DNA of 64,000 nt from a virus (Duplodnaviria > Caudoviricetes), in IMG/VR virus record IMGVR_UViG_3300020352_000805, positions 2,616 to 66,615 of that record; one strand, 5' to 3'. Positions 17,690 to 27,160 of this stretch are shown piece by piece (position 1 is the stretch's first letter; each line of letters starts with the position of its first letter). Under the pieces are notes generated by a model, which saw only the letters and a program-made list of their open reading frames with translations, had not been told where the DNA came from and made no database searches. Made by a program: the position numbers and the translations under genes.

Positions 17690-18091
17690 ATGAAAAGACT
17701 AAACGAATTTTTGAATGAGAAAAAAGGTACTCGATTTGTTGGTCTAACATTAGACAAAGATTCACACGAAAAATTGATAAAAGAAACAAAAGAATATATT
17801 CCAAAAGACTGGAAAATATTTGCACACCATATGACCATAAGTTTAAATAAAGGTTTGCCTCAAAACCTACAAGGTGATATTGGTAAAACTAAAGTTATCA
17901 AAGCAACAGAAATCGGAATATCGGATATGGCAATTGCTGTAAAAGTTGAAGGTTATTATTCTGACAAAGATATACCACATGTAACTATTGCTGTAAATGT
18001 TGATAAAGGTGGTAAACCGGTTATGTCTAATGATATAACGAATTGGAAAAAATTAAAATCTAGTATTCAGTTATCTGGTACAATAGAATAA
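17690..18091 (+). CDS. 2H phosphoesterase (two HxT motifs) with CTS-like N-terminus
   Basis: AHHMTI and PHVTIA motifs; true start ATG 17690 (MKRLNEFLNE) rather than TTG 17678. Confidence 0.75.
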   Translation: MKRLNEFLNEKKGTRFVGLTLDKDSHEKLIKETKEYIPKDWKIFAHHMTISLNKGLPQNLQGDIGKTKVIKATEIGISDMAIAVKVEGYYSDKDIPHVTIAVNVDKGGKPVMSNDITNWKKLKSSIQLSGTIE

Positions 18092-18102
18092 GATTAAAAT
18101 AT

Positions 18103-18180
18103 TTTTACGTTTAGGACCGTAAAAGTTACTTGCTTCGGTAGGTGTTTAAAGAGAACAGTGTCGCTACGGTTCTCTTTTTT
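18103..18180 (+). terminator. Three-hairpin structured segment ending in a terminator-like stem
   Basis: TTTTACG/CGTAAAA; ACTTGC-TTCG-GTAGGT; AAAGAGAAC/GTTCTCTTT followed by a T run. Confidence 0.55.
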
Positions 18181-18196
18181 TTACATTAAATATATT

Positions 18197-18445
18197 ATGG
18201 TAGGAACTACAAAGAAATTAACAATATACGATAGATTAGGAACATCCGAAATTATTATAGAAGGTGAAATCGTTGAAAAATATACAGGAACAGTTTCATC
18301 TTTTAGAGAAATTGCAATAAACGACATAGGAGGTCTAAAATCAGTAAAAACAAAATATAGTGTAGATTATTACCTAATAAAATTAACAAGTGGTGACGCC
18401 AAACACGTTCTATGTTCAGATATAATAAAAATAGAAACACCATAA
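18197..18445 (+). CDS. Hypothetical protein
   Basis: The track start at 18158 lies inside the hairpin; ATG 18197 (MVGTTKK) preferred. Confidence 0.6.
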   Translation: MVGTTKKLTIYDRLGTSEIIIEGEIVEKYTGTVSSFREIAINDIGGLKSVKTKYSVDYYLIKLTSGDAKHVLCSDIIKIETP

Positions 18446-18513
18446 AATAATTATTCAAATTATAAAATATTTACAAATACAAAAACATTTAATTACTAAA
18501 GAAATAAATTACT

Positions 18514-19620
18514 ATGATAGAAGACACAAAAGAATACGTAAAATCAGTTATTAACAAACTTAACATTGACCATACTAAAGAACCTATGTTTTTTGGAAAA
18601 GGATTGAATTTACAAAGATATGATAAAACAAGATACAAATCTAATCTTGAATTTTTTAAACAACAATTAAGTTTCTTTTGGAGACCGGAAGAGGTTTCCT
18701 TAGATAACGAAACTTCTGATTGGAATAAAATGTCAGATGCTCAGAAACATATATTTGTTAAAAATCTTTCATATCAAATTCTTTTAGATTCTGTACAAGG
18801 TAGAGGTATTCACAATATTATTGATTATGCATCTAATCCAGAAATAGAAGCATTCGGTAAAGCATGGGAATTTCAAGAAACAATTCATAGTTATAGTTAC
18901 AGTTGGATTATTATGAATCTTTTCAGCAAACCAAGTGAAGTATTTGATGAAATATTGAATGATGAAGAAATTTTAAAAAGAGCATCTTCCGTAACTAAGT
19001 ACTACGATGAATTGATAGAAAAAACTGCAGACAAAGATGCAACAGAAGATGAAATCAAAAAACAATTTTATCTAACATTAGTATCAATAAATATTTTAGA
19101 AGGAATTAGATTTTATGTTTCTTTTGCTTGTGCATATGGATTTGCAGAAAGAAAATTGATGGAAGGGAATGCTAAGATTATTCAATTAATTCAAAGAGAT
19201 GAAAATCTACATTTAGGATTTACTCAATCTGTCATTAAAAAGTTAAGAAACGAACCAAGTGAAGGATTTCAACATATAGTAGAAGAATGTGAAGAAACTG
19301 TTATACAAATGTATAAAGATGCAGCACAAGAAGAAATCGAATGGGCAAATTACTTATTCAAAGATGGTGAAATGATAGGATTGAATTCTGAAATTCTTAA
19401 AAAGTATATGATGTTCTTGACTAATCAAAGAATGAAAATAATCGGTTTAGAACCAATCTTTGAAAGAACAAAGAATCCTATTCCGTGGATTAAGAATTGG
19501 ACAGATTCAAAAGCAATTCAAGTTGCACCGCAAGAAACTGAAATTAGTTCGTATGTAATAGGTTCAATCAATAACAATATAGGAAAAGCAGATTTTAATG
19601 ATTATAAAAAGTTATTTTAA
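18514..19620 (+). CDS. nrdB: Ribonucleoside-diphosphate reductase class Ia, beta subunit
   Basis: FFWRPEEV, QILLDSVQGR, ETIHSYSY, ILEGIRFYVSFAC, RDENLH, QVAPQETEISSY. Confidence 0.97.
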   Translation: MIEDTKEYVKSVINKLNIDHTKEPMFFGKGLNLQRYDKTRYKSNLEFFKQQLSFFWRPEEVSLDNETSDWNKMSDAQKHIFVKNLSYQILLDSVQGRGIHNIIDYASNPEIEAFGKAWEFQETIHSYSYSWIIMNLFSKPSEVFDEILNDEEILKRASSVTKYYDELIEKTADKDATEDEIKKQFYLTLVSINILEGIRFYVSFACAYGFAERKLMEGNAKIIQLIQRDENLHLGFTQSVIKKLRNEPSEGFQHIVEECEETVIQMYKDAAQEEIEWANYLFKDGEMIGLNSEILKKYMMFLTNQRMKIIGLEPIFERTKNPIPWIKNWTDSKAIQVAPQETEISSYVIGSINNNIGKADFNDYKKLF

Positions 19621-20303
19621 TGATACCAAAAATTATACATCAGGTCTGGATAGGTGATAAACCTATTCCAGACCATCAATTAGAATGGATAGAAAAGTGG
19701 AAAGAACTATATCCAGACTTTGAATATAAATTATGGACGTCTAATGAATTTGGGGAAAATAAGTTTTCTAAAACTGTTTTAGACTTAAAAGAATATGCAT
19801 ACTATTCTGATTGGATAAGAACAAATGTTTTATATAAGTATGGTGGTATTTACATAGATACTGATGTTTTACCAATTAAAAAAATTCCTATTGAATATTT
19901 TAGTAAAAATTTAGTTCTACCTAAAGTTTCTGAATTTAAACTTTCCAACTATTTTATGATGTCATCTAAAGGAAATAGATTTATGAAAAACCTAATCGAA
20001 TTTTATAAAAACTACAACGACAATGAATTTATTTGGAAAAAATGGGTTGCACCTGAACCGTTAGAATTGTCTATTATTAAAACCTTTGGTAAATATTCGG
20101 TTAAAAATTCTAAAGATGGTTCATTTAAACAAGAAAATAATAATTATAAATTACTGGAACCGTTAGAAACAGCCCCATATCATCCATTTAAAGGAACATT
20201 CAGAATACCAGATGAAATTCCAACCGAATCCTTTTGCATTCACTATTGGAATGCATATAAAACAGAAAACAATTTAGATAAAACAGATTTTAGTTCAATA
20301 TGA
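19620..20303 (+). CDS. DXD glycosyltransferase (GT32/OCH1-like)
   Basis: IPKIIHQVW, SDWIRTNVLYKYGGIYIDTDV. Confidence 0.9.
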   Translation: MIPKIIHQVWIGDKPIPDHQLEWIEKWKELYPDFEYKLWTSNEFGENKFSKTVLDLKEYAYYSDWIRTNVLYKYGGIYIDTDVLPIKKIPIEYFSKNLVLPKVSEFKLSNYFMMSSKGNRFMKNLIEFYKNYNDNEFIWKKWVAPEPLELSIIKTFGKYSVKNSKDGSFKQENNNYKLLEPLETAPYHPFKGTFRIPDEIPTESFCIHYWNAYKTENNLDKTDFSSI

Positions 20304-20989
20304 ATAAAGTTAGTTGCATAACAGTTACAAGAAATAGGGTACCTCACTTAAAAAAGTGTATCAAATATTTTAATGAACAAACACACAAAGATAAAGAGTT
20401 AATTATTGTTTATTATAGTAGTGATAAGGAAACTGAATCTTATTTGAAAGAAAATAGAAATTCTTTTATTGACAATAATATTTATTTTTATAAATTCGTT
20501 GAACAAGAAGGATTATATTTAGGCGCAATCAGAAACTTTGCAATTTCAAAATCACAAGGTGATTGGATTTGTATTTGGGATGATGATGATTATTATGATG
20601 AAAAAAGAATAAAAAATCAATTAAAGTTTTGTTTGAAAGAAAAAATTGATGCTTGCACTTTGCGTTCTATTCTAATTTATTCTAATAAATATCAAGAATT
20701 GAAATTGACATTCGAAAGACAAGAAATGGGTTGGGAAGGTTCTTTATTGTGTAAAAAGAATTCAATGCCTAAATATGTAAACAAGTCAAAAGGAGAAGAT
20801 ACCCCTGTTTTAGAAAGATTATACAACGAACATAAATTATTAAGTTATTTTGACCCTGAATTATATGTTTATATTTTTCATGACCAAAATGTTTCAGGAA
20901 ACGTACATAAAGAAAGAATATTTGATAGTTCTATGTCACTAGACGCAAATAAAATAAGAGAATTCAAAAAAAAGTTAGATTGGATATGA
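20300..20989 (+). CDS. Glycosyltransferase family 2 (GT-A fold)
   Basis: VSCITVTRNR, LGAIRNFAI, WICIWDDDDY, GEDT motifs. Confidence 0.88.
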   Translation: MNKVSCITVTRNRVPHLKKCIKYFNEQTHKDKELIIVYYSSDKETESYLKENRNSFIDNNIYFYKFVEQEGLYLGAIRNFAISKSQGDWICIWDDDDYYDEKRIKNQLKFCLKEKIDACTLRSILIYSNKYQELKLTFERQEMGWEGSLLCKKNSMPKYVNKSKGEDTPVLERLYNEHKLLSYFDPELYVYIFHDQNVSGNVHKERIFDSSMSLDANKIREFKKKLDWI

Positions 20990-21186
20990 TACTAAAAAAC
21001 TCAGAACACATAACAAGATATACTATATTTGATGAAGGTAATTCTTATATAAGATTGGTAGAAAAATCTATTGATGGAGAAAACAAAGTAACGTGGATGC
21101 TATTAGAAGATAAAGGTAGTATATATGCAATAGATGAAATAGAAACAAATCTATTAGAAAAGAAATTTCAAACTATAATTCAATGA
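20986..21186 (+). CDS. Hypothetical protein
   Basis: Short ORF (track start 20980) overlapping the GT2 stop. Confidence 0.55.
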   Translation: MILKNSEHITRYTIFDEGNSYIRLVEKSIDGENKVTWMLLEDKGSIYAIDEIETNLLEKKFQTIIQ

Positions 21187-21205
21187 TAACAAAATAATGT
21201 TTTTT

Positions 21206-21240
21206 AAAAACCCTAGATATTCTCTAGGGTTTTTCTTTTT
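21206..21240 (+). terminator. Intrinsic terminator
   Basis: AAAAACCCTAGA-loop-TCTAGGGTTTTT followed by a T run. Confidence 0.8.
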
Positions 21241-21249
21241 GATTAAATA
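21241..21249 (+). promoter_or_regulatory. Candidate late promoter GATTAAATA
   Basis: Directly after a terminator and before a gene; same 9-mer in the same context at 40346, 49605 and 55933. Confidence 0.5.
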
Positions 21250-21265
21250 ATAAAAAAGTTTTCAT

Positions 21266-21793
21266 GTGCAAGATATAACTCTAATAGAAAATATTTACAA
21301 CTTTTTGATAAATTTAGAAAAAGATGGATTTATTTGTAAAGATATCAATCTAAAAGTTGTTAAAAAGTTAAGAAATGGAACTTATTTCAAAAAATATAAA
21401 ACACTTAACGATTTATATCTAGATAACAAAACAAATTTAGACAATTTAAAACCTAATAGATATTGTGTCGTTGGTGATTATTGTTTTATAGAAAATATTA
21501 AATTTGAAAATAGTGTTACTAATTACCTTTCAGAATATTTTTATTACAATATAACTAGTAGAAAACCTATCAAAAGAAACAAAACTAAATTTGACTACAA
21601 TAGAAACGAATTCTATGATTCTGATAAAAGTAAATATATAAAGTACTTAGAAGAATCTTTGTTATCTAATTTTGATAGAAATGTGATATTAGCAAATACA
21701 AGACTTAGTACATATGTTGATGCTTGTTATGTTGATTCAAATTATGTTGATAGTGTACCAAGAATAACGGATTCGATAGAGAATGACTTATAA
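21266..21793 (+). CDS. Hypothetical protein
   Basis: 175-aa ORF with GTG start. Confidence 0.65.
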   Translation: MQDITLIENIYNFLINLEKDGFICKDINLKVVKKLRNGTYFKKYKTLNDLYLDNKTNLDNLKPNRYCVVGDYCFIENIKFENSVTNYLSEYFYYNITSRKPIKRNKTKFDYNRNEFYDSDKSKYIKYLEESLLSNFDRNVILANTRLSTYVDACYVDSNYVDSVPRITDSIENDL

Positions 21794-21810
21794 AAAATTA
21801 TAATTGAAAT

Positions 21811-24800
21811 ATGTCCGATAAAATTAATTTTAGAGGTGATAAGAATAGACCACTAACACAAACCGAATTAGATAATAATTTTCGTTATTCAAACGAATGG
21901 AAATCAGGTACATCATATACTCAAGATATGGTTGTATTATATGATGACGGAAATGGACCATATTTCTACAAATCAAAAAATGACCATCAATCAACTACTT
22001 TTAACCCTCTTCAATGGGATAAAATTGGTGTTGGAGGTTCAGGAGTTCCAGGAGTTCAAGGGGCAACCGGAGCAACAGGAATTCAAGGTGCAACAGGAAC
22101 AACGGGTCCGATTGGTGTAACCGGAGCAACCTCAACGATTGCTGGTGCAACAGGAACAACTGGTGCAACAGGGTCACAAGGTATTCAAGGTATTCAAGGT
22201 ATTCAAGGACCGGCATCAACGGTTCAAGGTCCACAAGGTGCAACTGGGGCAACTGGATTTGGTGTGACCGGAGCAACTGGGGCAACTGGAGCACAAGGTG
22301 CAACCGGAGCAACATCAACTGTTCAAGGACCACAAGGAATACAAGGAATTCAAGGTTCGGATGGAAAAGGATTGAGAGGTTTTAGTACAACAGCATTTGC
22401 ATTAAACAATACCGGAAGTATAATTATAACAGTAAGACCAAACATAAGTGCAGATAATAAAACATTGGCATTTATGCCAGATGGATATATACACATTGCA
22501 AAAACATCAGCAACTTCACAATATCAAATTTCAAAAATTGTAAATTACGATGAGGTTTCTGGACAAATGACTATAACATCACCGGTTTATTTATCACCAA
22601 GTGCAAATACAACTGCTGACAATGATTGGATATTAAATGCATCTTCTTTACAAGGTCCAACAGGACCACAAGGTGCAACCGGAGTCACTGGTGCAACTGG
22701 GTCAACCGGACAACAAGGAATTCAAGGTGCAACAGGACCTGGAGTTGGAGCAACAGGAGCACAAGGGCCAATTGGACCGACAGGAGCCGATGGATTGCCA
22801 GGAAATGATGGAGCAACAGGACCAACGGGAGCAGATTCTACGGTTGTAGGACCAACAGGAGCAACAGGAGCAACAGGAGCAAACGGTTTAAATGGTGGAA
22901 TTGGAGCAACAGGACCGATAGGACCAACAGGAGTAACAGGACCAACAGGACCCGTATCATCATTGAGTATAAATTATTTTGATATTACATCAACAAATGG
23001 AATTTCAGGTTATTTTGATATACTTGAAGATTATCCTTCAACCGCAACGACTACCGATATAACGGTTGCAACAACGGCTGCATTAAGTCCAGTTCTAATT
23101 AAAAGTTTTGCTTATGCAAAATCATTCGGTGATTTGAATTTAACAACTTTACAATCTGGAATTTTTAAAGCATTATTATTTGGTAAAACAAGTAATGCGG
23201 CAGTGGTAAACAATTTTAAAATAGAAGTAGGAATTATAACAGCTGCATTGGCAAAAACTATTATTGCAACTGGAAATAGTTCTTTTATAACGGGCACAAC
23301 TGTTCCGCAACAAACAACAGCAGAACTTGTACATCCATTAGATTATGCAGTATCTACTACCGATAGATTATATGTAGATATTTATGCTGTAACAACAGAC
23401 ACTAATAGTGTTAACTTAACTCTTAGTTTTGATAGTACTTTGGCACCATCAAGAATAGGAACACCGATTCCAATTTCAGAAAAAGGTGCAACAGGACCAC
23501 AGGGTTCAACTGGGGCAACAGGAAGTGTAGGTTCAATTGGTGCAACTGGAGCACAAGGTATTCAAGGATTACAAGGACCAATAGGTTCAACCGGTCTTAC
23601 TGGTGTAACAGGGCCAATAGGAGTAACAGGAGCACAAGGATTAATAGGAGTTACGGGACCAATAGGTTCAACAGGAGTAACTGGTTCACAAGGAATTCAA
23701 GGTGTAACCGGAGCAACTGGAGGTGTTCAAAATTGGCAAAATGTCGTAAATCAAACTTTTCAAGGTGCAACCGGAGCAAGTGCTGGTTCTTCAACAATTT
23801 TTGTTAACGACCCAAATATTTCCGGAGCAACGGGACCGAATCCTAATAGAATTCAAATTAAAGGTGGACCAATAAGTGTAGTTGGTGCAACGGGAGTAAC
23901 CGGTGCAACGGCTAATGGATATTTTAAAACTGGATTTGAAACAAACATAAACGGAGTAACAGGAAATCATTTTACTTTAGATGCATATTCACAAGACAAT
24001 TTAGGTGTTCAAAAAAGAATTTATTTAGGTACAAATTTCAAAAATACATCACCTCCGACACATACTGATATAAATCGTGGACCTTATCTTTCGAATTATA
24101 ATGCAGACCTTTCTAGTGTAGCCGGTGGTGGAATAGCGGGATTAAGAGAATTTGATTTGGGTACTTATGACCAAGACGGTTTAGAAGCACAAGAAAGAAC
24201 AAGATGGCAATACTATAATTCAACAAATAATTATAGAAGAATTGAAATGACTAGACCGGGAGGAACTGGTGGTGCCGGAATTAAATTAGTAAACACAGAA
24301 TCTCAATATCTATTTAGTAAATTAATGTTAAATAATTTACTTTCTGGTGTAGGTTCGTTTGGTATATATGGTCAAAGTGGCATTTCAAGAAAAGGTGAAA
24401 TAACTTACGATGCAACAGCGGGAATCAAGTTAACTCAATATACACATTCAAATAGTTCATCATTTGCTAATGAAAGAACATCAATTAGTGTAGATTCTTT
24501 GTATGTAAGTGCAACAGTAAAACCAGAATTAGGTTCTGCTGGATATTATAGTGGAATTTCTGCATCGTTTCAGTTGACTGATAATAATGTTAGTTTAAAA
24601 GCTAGAAGTGCATCTGACCAAATACAATTTACTATGGTTGGGGCATCAGGTGCAATTAGTAATATTGCACAATTTACTGGGGCAACAGCAAATGCACAAG
24701 TTAAAACAAATGGTAACTATTGGGCATCAAATGTTCCGGCTGGTGCAACAACTGATTCAAGAGTTTTGGTTGTTGATTCATCAACAGGAGAATTCAAATA

Positions 24801-25224
24801 TAGAACCGATATATCAGGTGGTAGTAGTACACCAACTTTAAATAATGGACAAATATATGTAGGTGATGCTTCAAATGCTGCTACTTCAGTAGCAATGAGT
24901 GGAGATACTACAATAAGTAATACAGGAGTAGTTACTATTGGAACTGATAAAGTTACTTACGATAAAATGCAAGATACAACTCAAGCTTGTATGTTAGGTA
25001 ATCAAACTGGTGCTGGAACGGTAGGAGAAATTCCTATGGTTGAAGCATATATACCAGCAGGAACAGCAAGAACTTTATTAGAAACAACTACTAATTGGGA
25101 TGTAAACGGAAACTATACAGGAGCTTCAATATCTGGAACTTTTCAAGGACAAGCACATTACAATGGAAATTATTGGTTTACAGCGGTAGATGATAATGTT
25201 TGGATAAGATTAATTAGAGGATAA
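21811..25224 (+). CDS. Collagen-like tail fibre/virion fibre protein
   Basis: [13 protein letters not shown]-terminal anchor-type motif, three Gly-X-Y tracts rich in GAT/GPT/GxQ, beta-rich C-terminal region. Confidence 0.8.
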   Translation: MSDKINFRGDKNRPLTQTELDNNFRYSNEWKSGTSYTQDMVVLYDDGNGPYFYKSKNDHQSTTFNPLQWDKIGVGGSGVPGVQGATGATGIQGATGTTGPIGVTGATSTIAGATGTTGATGSQGIQGIQGIQGPASTVQGPQGATGATGFGVTGATGATGAQGATGATSTVQGPQGIQGIQGSDGKGLRGFSTTAFALNNTGSIIITVRPNISADNKTLAFMPDGYIHIAKTSATSQYQISKIVNYDEVSGQMTITSPVYLSPSANTTADNDWILNASSLQGPTGPQGATGVTGATGSTGQQGIQGATGPGVGATGAQGPIGPTGADGLPGNDGATGPTGADSTVVGPTGATGATGANGLNGGIGATGPIGPTGVTGPTGPVSSLSINYFDITSTNGISGYFDILEDYPSTATTTDITVATTAALSPVLIKSFAYAKSFGDLNLTTLQSGIFKALLFGKTSNAAVVNNFKIEVGIITAALAKTIIATGNSSFITGTTVPQQTTAELVHPLDYAVSTTDRLYVDIYAVTTDTNSVNLTLSFDSTLAPSRIGTPIPISEKGATGPQGSTGATGSVGSIGATGAQGIQGLQGPIGSTGLTGVTGPIGVTGAQGLIGVTGPIGSTGVTGSQGIQGVTGATGGVQNWQNVVNQTFQGATGASAGSSTIFVNDPNISGATGPNPNRIQIKGGPISVVGATGVTGATANGYFKTGFETNINGVTGNHFTLDAYSQDNLGVQKRIYLGTNFKNTSPPTHTDINRGPYLSNYNADLSSVAGGGIAGLREFDLGTYDQDGLEAQERTRWQYYNSTNNYRRIEMTRPGGTGGAGIKLVNTESQYLFSKLMLNNLLSGVGSFGIYGQSGISRKGEITYDATAGIKLTQYTHSNSSSFANERTSISVDSLYVSATVKPELGSAGYYSGISASFQLTDNNVSLKARSASDQIQFTMVGASGAISNIAQFTGATANAQVKTNGNYWASNVPAGATTDSRVLVVDSSTGEFKYRTDISGGSSTPTLNNGQIYVGDASNAATSVAMSGDTTISNTGVVTIGTDKVTYDKMQDTTQACMLGNQTGAGTVGEIPMVEAYIPAGTARTLLETTTNWDVNGNYTGASISGTFQGQAHYNGNYWFTAVDDNVWIRLIRG
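22042..23724 (+). repeat. Three collagen-coding 9-bp-period repeat tracts (about 22042-22380, 22654-22956, 23485-23724)
   Basis: Imperfect GGN-GCA-ACN and GGN-NNN-CAA units encoding Gly-X-Y. Confidence 0.85.
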
Positions 25225-25240
25225 TAAATAAGATAAAACT

Positions 25241-26962
25241 ATGGCTGTTATATTAAATAAAGGAAGAATAACATCAACACCGAGTATAGTTGATAGGTCA
25301 ACATATACACGACCAAGCGATTGGACAGATTTACCAGCATTATCTCAAGGAGATGAGAAAGTATATCTACTTGTTAATGTTGGTGAAAAGGGTGGGGACT
25401 ATATGCAATTAAAATTTGCTGGTGATTATACGGTAGATTGGGGAGATGGTACAGCAAATACAAACCATTCTTCAGGTACAGAAGCAGACCATGAATTTTT
25501 ATGGGCAAATGCTCCTTCAAGTTCATTAACAAGTCAAGGATTCAGACAAGTAGTAGTTACTATTACAGCTCAATCAGGTTCACAATTAACTATTTGGAGT
25601 TTAAACACTTCACCTTATGTTCCAACTGGAACAACATATAATGGAAGTGTAAATCATGGTGTTTGTAGAGTTAAAATGGCTGGAACTAATTTTACAGATA
25701 TATCAAGTGCCTTACGTTTTTATAAAGGACTTAAAGAGTTTGAATACATTGGTACAAATAATGTAACAAATGTAAGTCATATGTTTAACACTTGCTCATC
25801 TTTAGTTAAGGTTGGTTCTTTTGATACTTCAAATATTCAAAACCTCACTAATTTGTTTAATGGTTGTACTAACTTGATAGAAGTTCCTCAATTCGACTTA
25901 TCTAGCGCTACAGATATCACATACATGTTTAATAATTGTGCTAATCTTTACAAAGTACCGAAAATGACATTGCCAAGTACGGTAACGAGTTTACAATATA
26001 CCTTTAAAAGTTGTTCTAACTTACAGGAAGTCCCATTTACAAACTTAAACCACGTAACAAACTTTTACGCAGCATTTTCAGCTACAAGTATCAGAGAGTT
26101 TAACTTTTCGTTGGATAGTGCTACTAATATAGACCAAATGTTTTATCAAGCCTTTTCGTTACAAACGGTAAAATTCCACAACATACCAGTAGGGCAACTT
26201 ACAAATATTGGCTATGTTTTTGGTCATTGTTATTCATTAACTCATATAAAACCATTTGATACTTCAAATGTATCTAACTTTAGGAATTGTTATTCTTACT
26301 TAAAATTTGATTTAGATTTAAGTTGGACAGACACCTCAAATGGAGCAAACTTCGAATCTATGTTTGAAGGTAATAAGGCTATAACGGATGCAAGTTGGTT
26401 AGATATTACATCTTCAGCAACAAATGTAATTGAGCTGTTTAATGGTTGCAATAGACTAGAAAAATACCCTACATTAGATTTTACAAACATTACAAATCTT
26501 CAAGCAACATTTGCTGGTAATAGGCTAATGGTTACACTTCCGACTATTAATAACACTAATAGCATAACTGCTTGTCAGAGGACTTTTCAGAGTTGTTATT
26601 TATTACAAGAAGCACTTCCTTTAAGTGGAGCATTGACTACTGTTAGGGAAATGTACTTATCGTGCTATAGTTTAATAAGTATTCCGGCTTATGATTTAAG
26701 TTCAATAGTTGCATATCCAAACTCTTATAGAATGGCTTATCAAGCTCATGGTTTAAAAGAGTCATTAATAACAACTCATAAATCTCAAGTTAGTTATGCT
26801 AATTGCGGTTTAAGTAGAAGTGCAATAGTTGATATATTTAATAACTTAGCAACTAATGCAGACGGTAGGACTATCTATGTTGCAGCAAATCCTGAATCAA
26901 ACTTATTAACGGCAAGTGATTTGTTAATTGCTACAAACAAAGGTTGGACAGTATCAAGTTAA
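25241..26962 (+). CDS. Receptor-binding-like protein with BspA/DUF285-type repeats
   Basis: YTVDWGDG PKD-like motif; repeats such as TNNVTNVSHMFNTCSSL and ATDITYMFNNCANL; C-terminal IATNKGWTV. Confidence 0.7.
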   Translation: MAVILNKGRITSTPSIVDRSTYTRPSDWTDLPALSQGDEKVYLLVNVGEKGGDYMQLKFAGDYTVDWGDGTANTNHSSGTEADHEFLWANAPSSSLTSQGFRQVVVTITAQSGSQLTIWSLNTSPYVPTGTTYNGSVNHGVCRVKMAGTNFTDISSALRFYKGLKEFEYIGTNNVTNVSHMFNTCSSLVKVGSFDTSNIQNLTNLFNGCTNLIEVPQFDLSSATDITYMFNNCANLYKVPKMTLPSTVTSLQYTFKSCSNLQEVPFTNLNHVTNFYAAFSATSIREFNFSLDSATNIDQMFYQAFSLQTVKFHNIPVGQLTNIGYVFGHCYSLTHIKPFDTSNVSNFRNCYSYLKFDLDLSWTDTSNGANFESMFEGNKAITDASWLDITSSATNVIELFNGCNRLEKYPTLDFTNITNLQATFAGNRLMVTLPTINNTNSITACQRTFQSCYLLQEALPLSGALTTVREMYLSCYSLISIPAYDLSSIVAYPNSYRMAYQAHGLKESLITTHKSQVSYANCGLSRSAIVDIFNNLATNADGRTIYVAANPESNLLTASDLLIATNKGWTVSS

Positions 26963-26976
26963 AAATTTAAAAGATT

Positions 26977-27153
26977 ATGTTTTATAAATACGAAGAAGAA
27001 GTTAACGAATGGCAATCAGGAAATAAAATATCATTTCCTGACGGTGTTACATTATCAGTAGATAATAAGATTGAACATAAAGGTTGGTTTTGGAGTGATG
27101 AACCACCTACGGAATACACAGAATGGTTAGAATCACAAGAAGAAAATAATTAA
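26977..27153 (+). CDS. Small fibre-associated protein, 58 aa (not in the ORF track)
   Basis: Hand translation MFYKYEEEVNEWQSGNKISFPDGVTLSVDNKIEHKGWFWSDEPPTEYTEWLESQEENN; fills the gap between fibre genes. Confidence 0.65.
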   Translation: MFYKYEEEVNEWQSGNKISFPDGVTLSVDNKIEHKGWFWSDEPPTEYTEWLESQEENN

Positions 27154-27160
27154 ATAATAT

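Noticed and set aside
15663-18196. Track starts at 15663, 17678 and 18158
   Set aside because: They fall inside promoter/hairpin sequences or upstream of the conserved leader; downstream ATGs (15702, 17690, 18197) fit better
22042-23724. Tandem DNA repeats as CRISPR array, VNTR or DGR
   Set aside because: The 9-bp periodicity is explained by Gly-X-Y coding; no constant repeat with unique spacers, no reverse transcriptase or template/variable repeat pair seen
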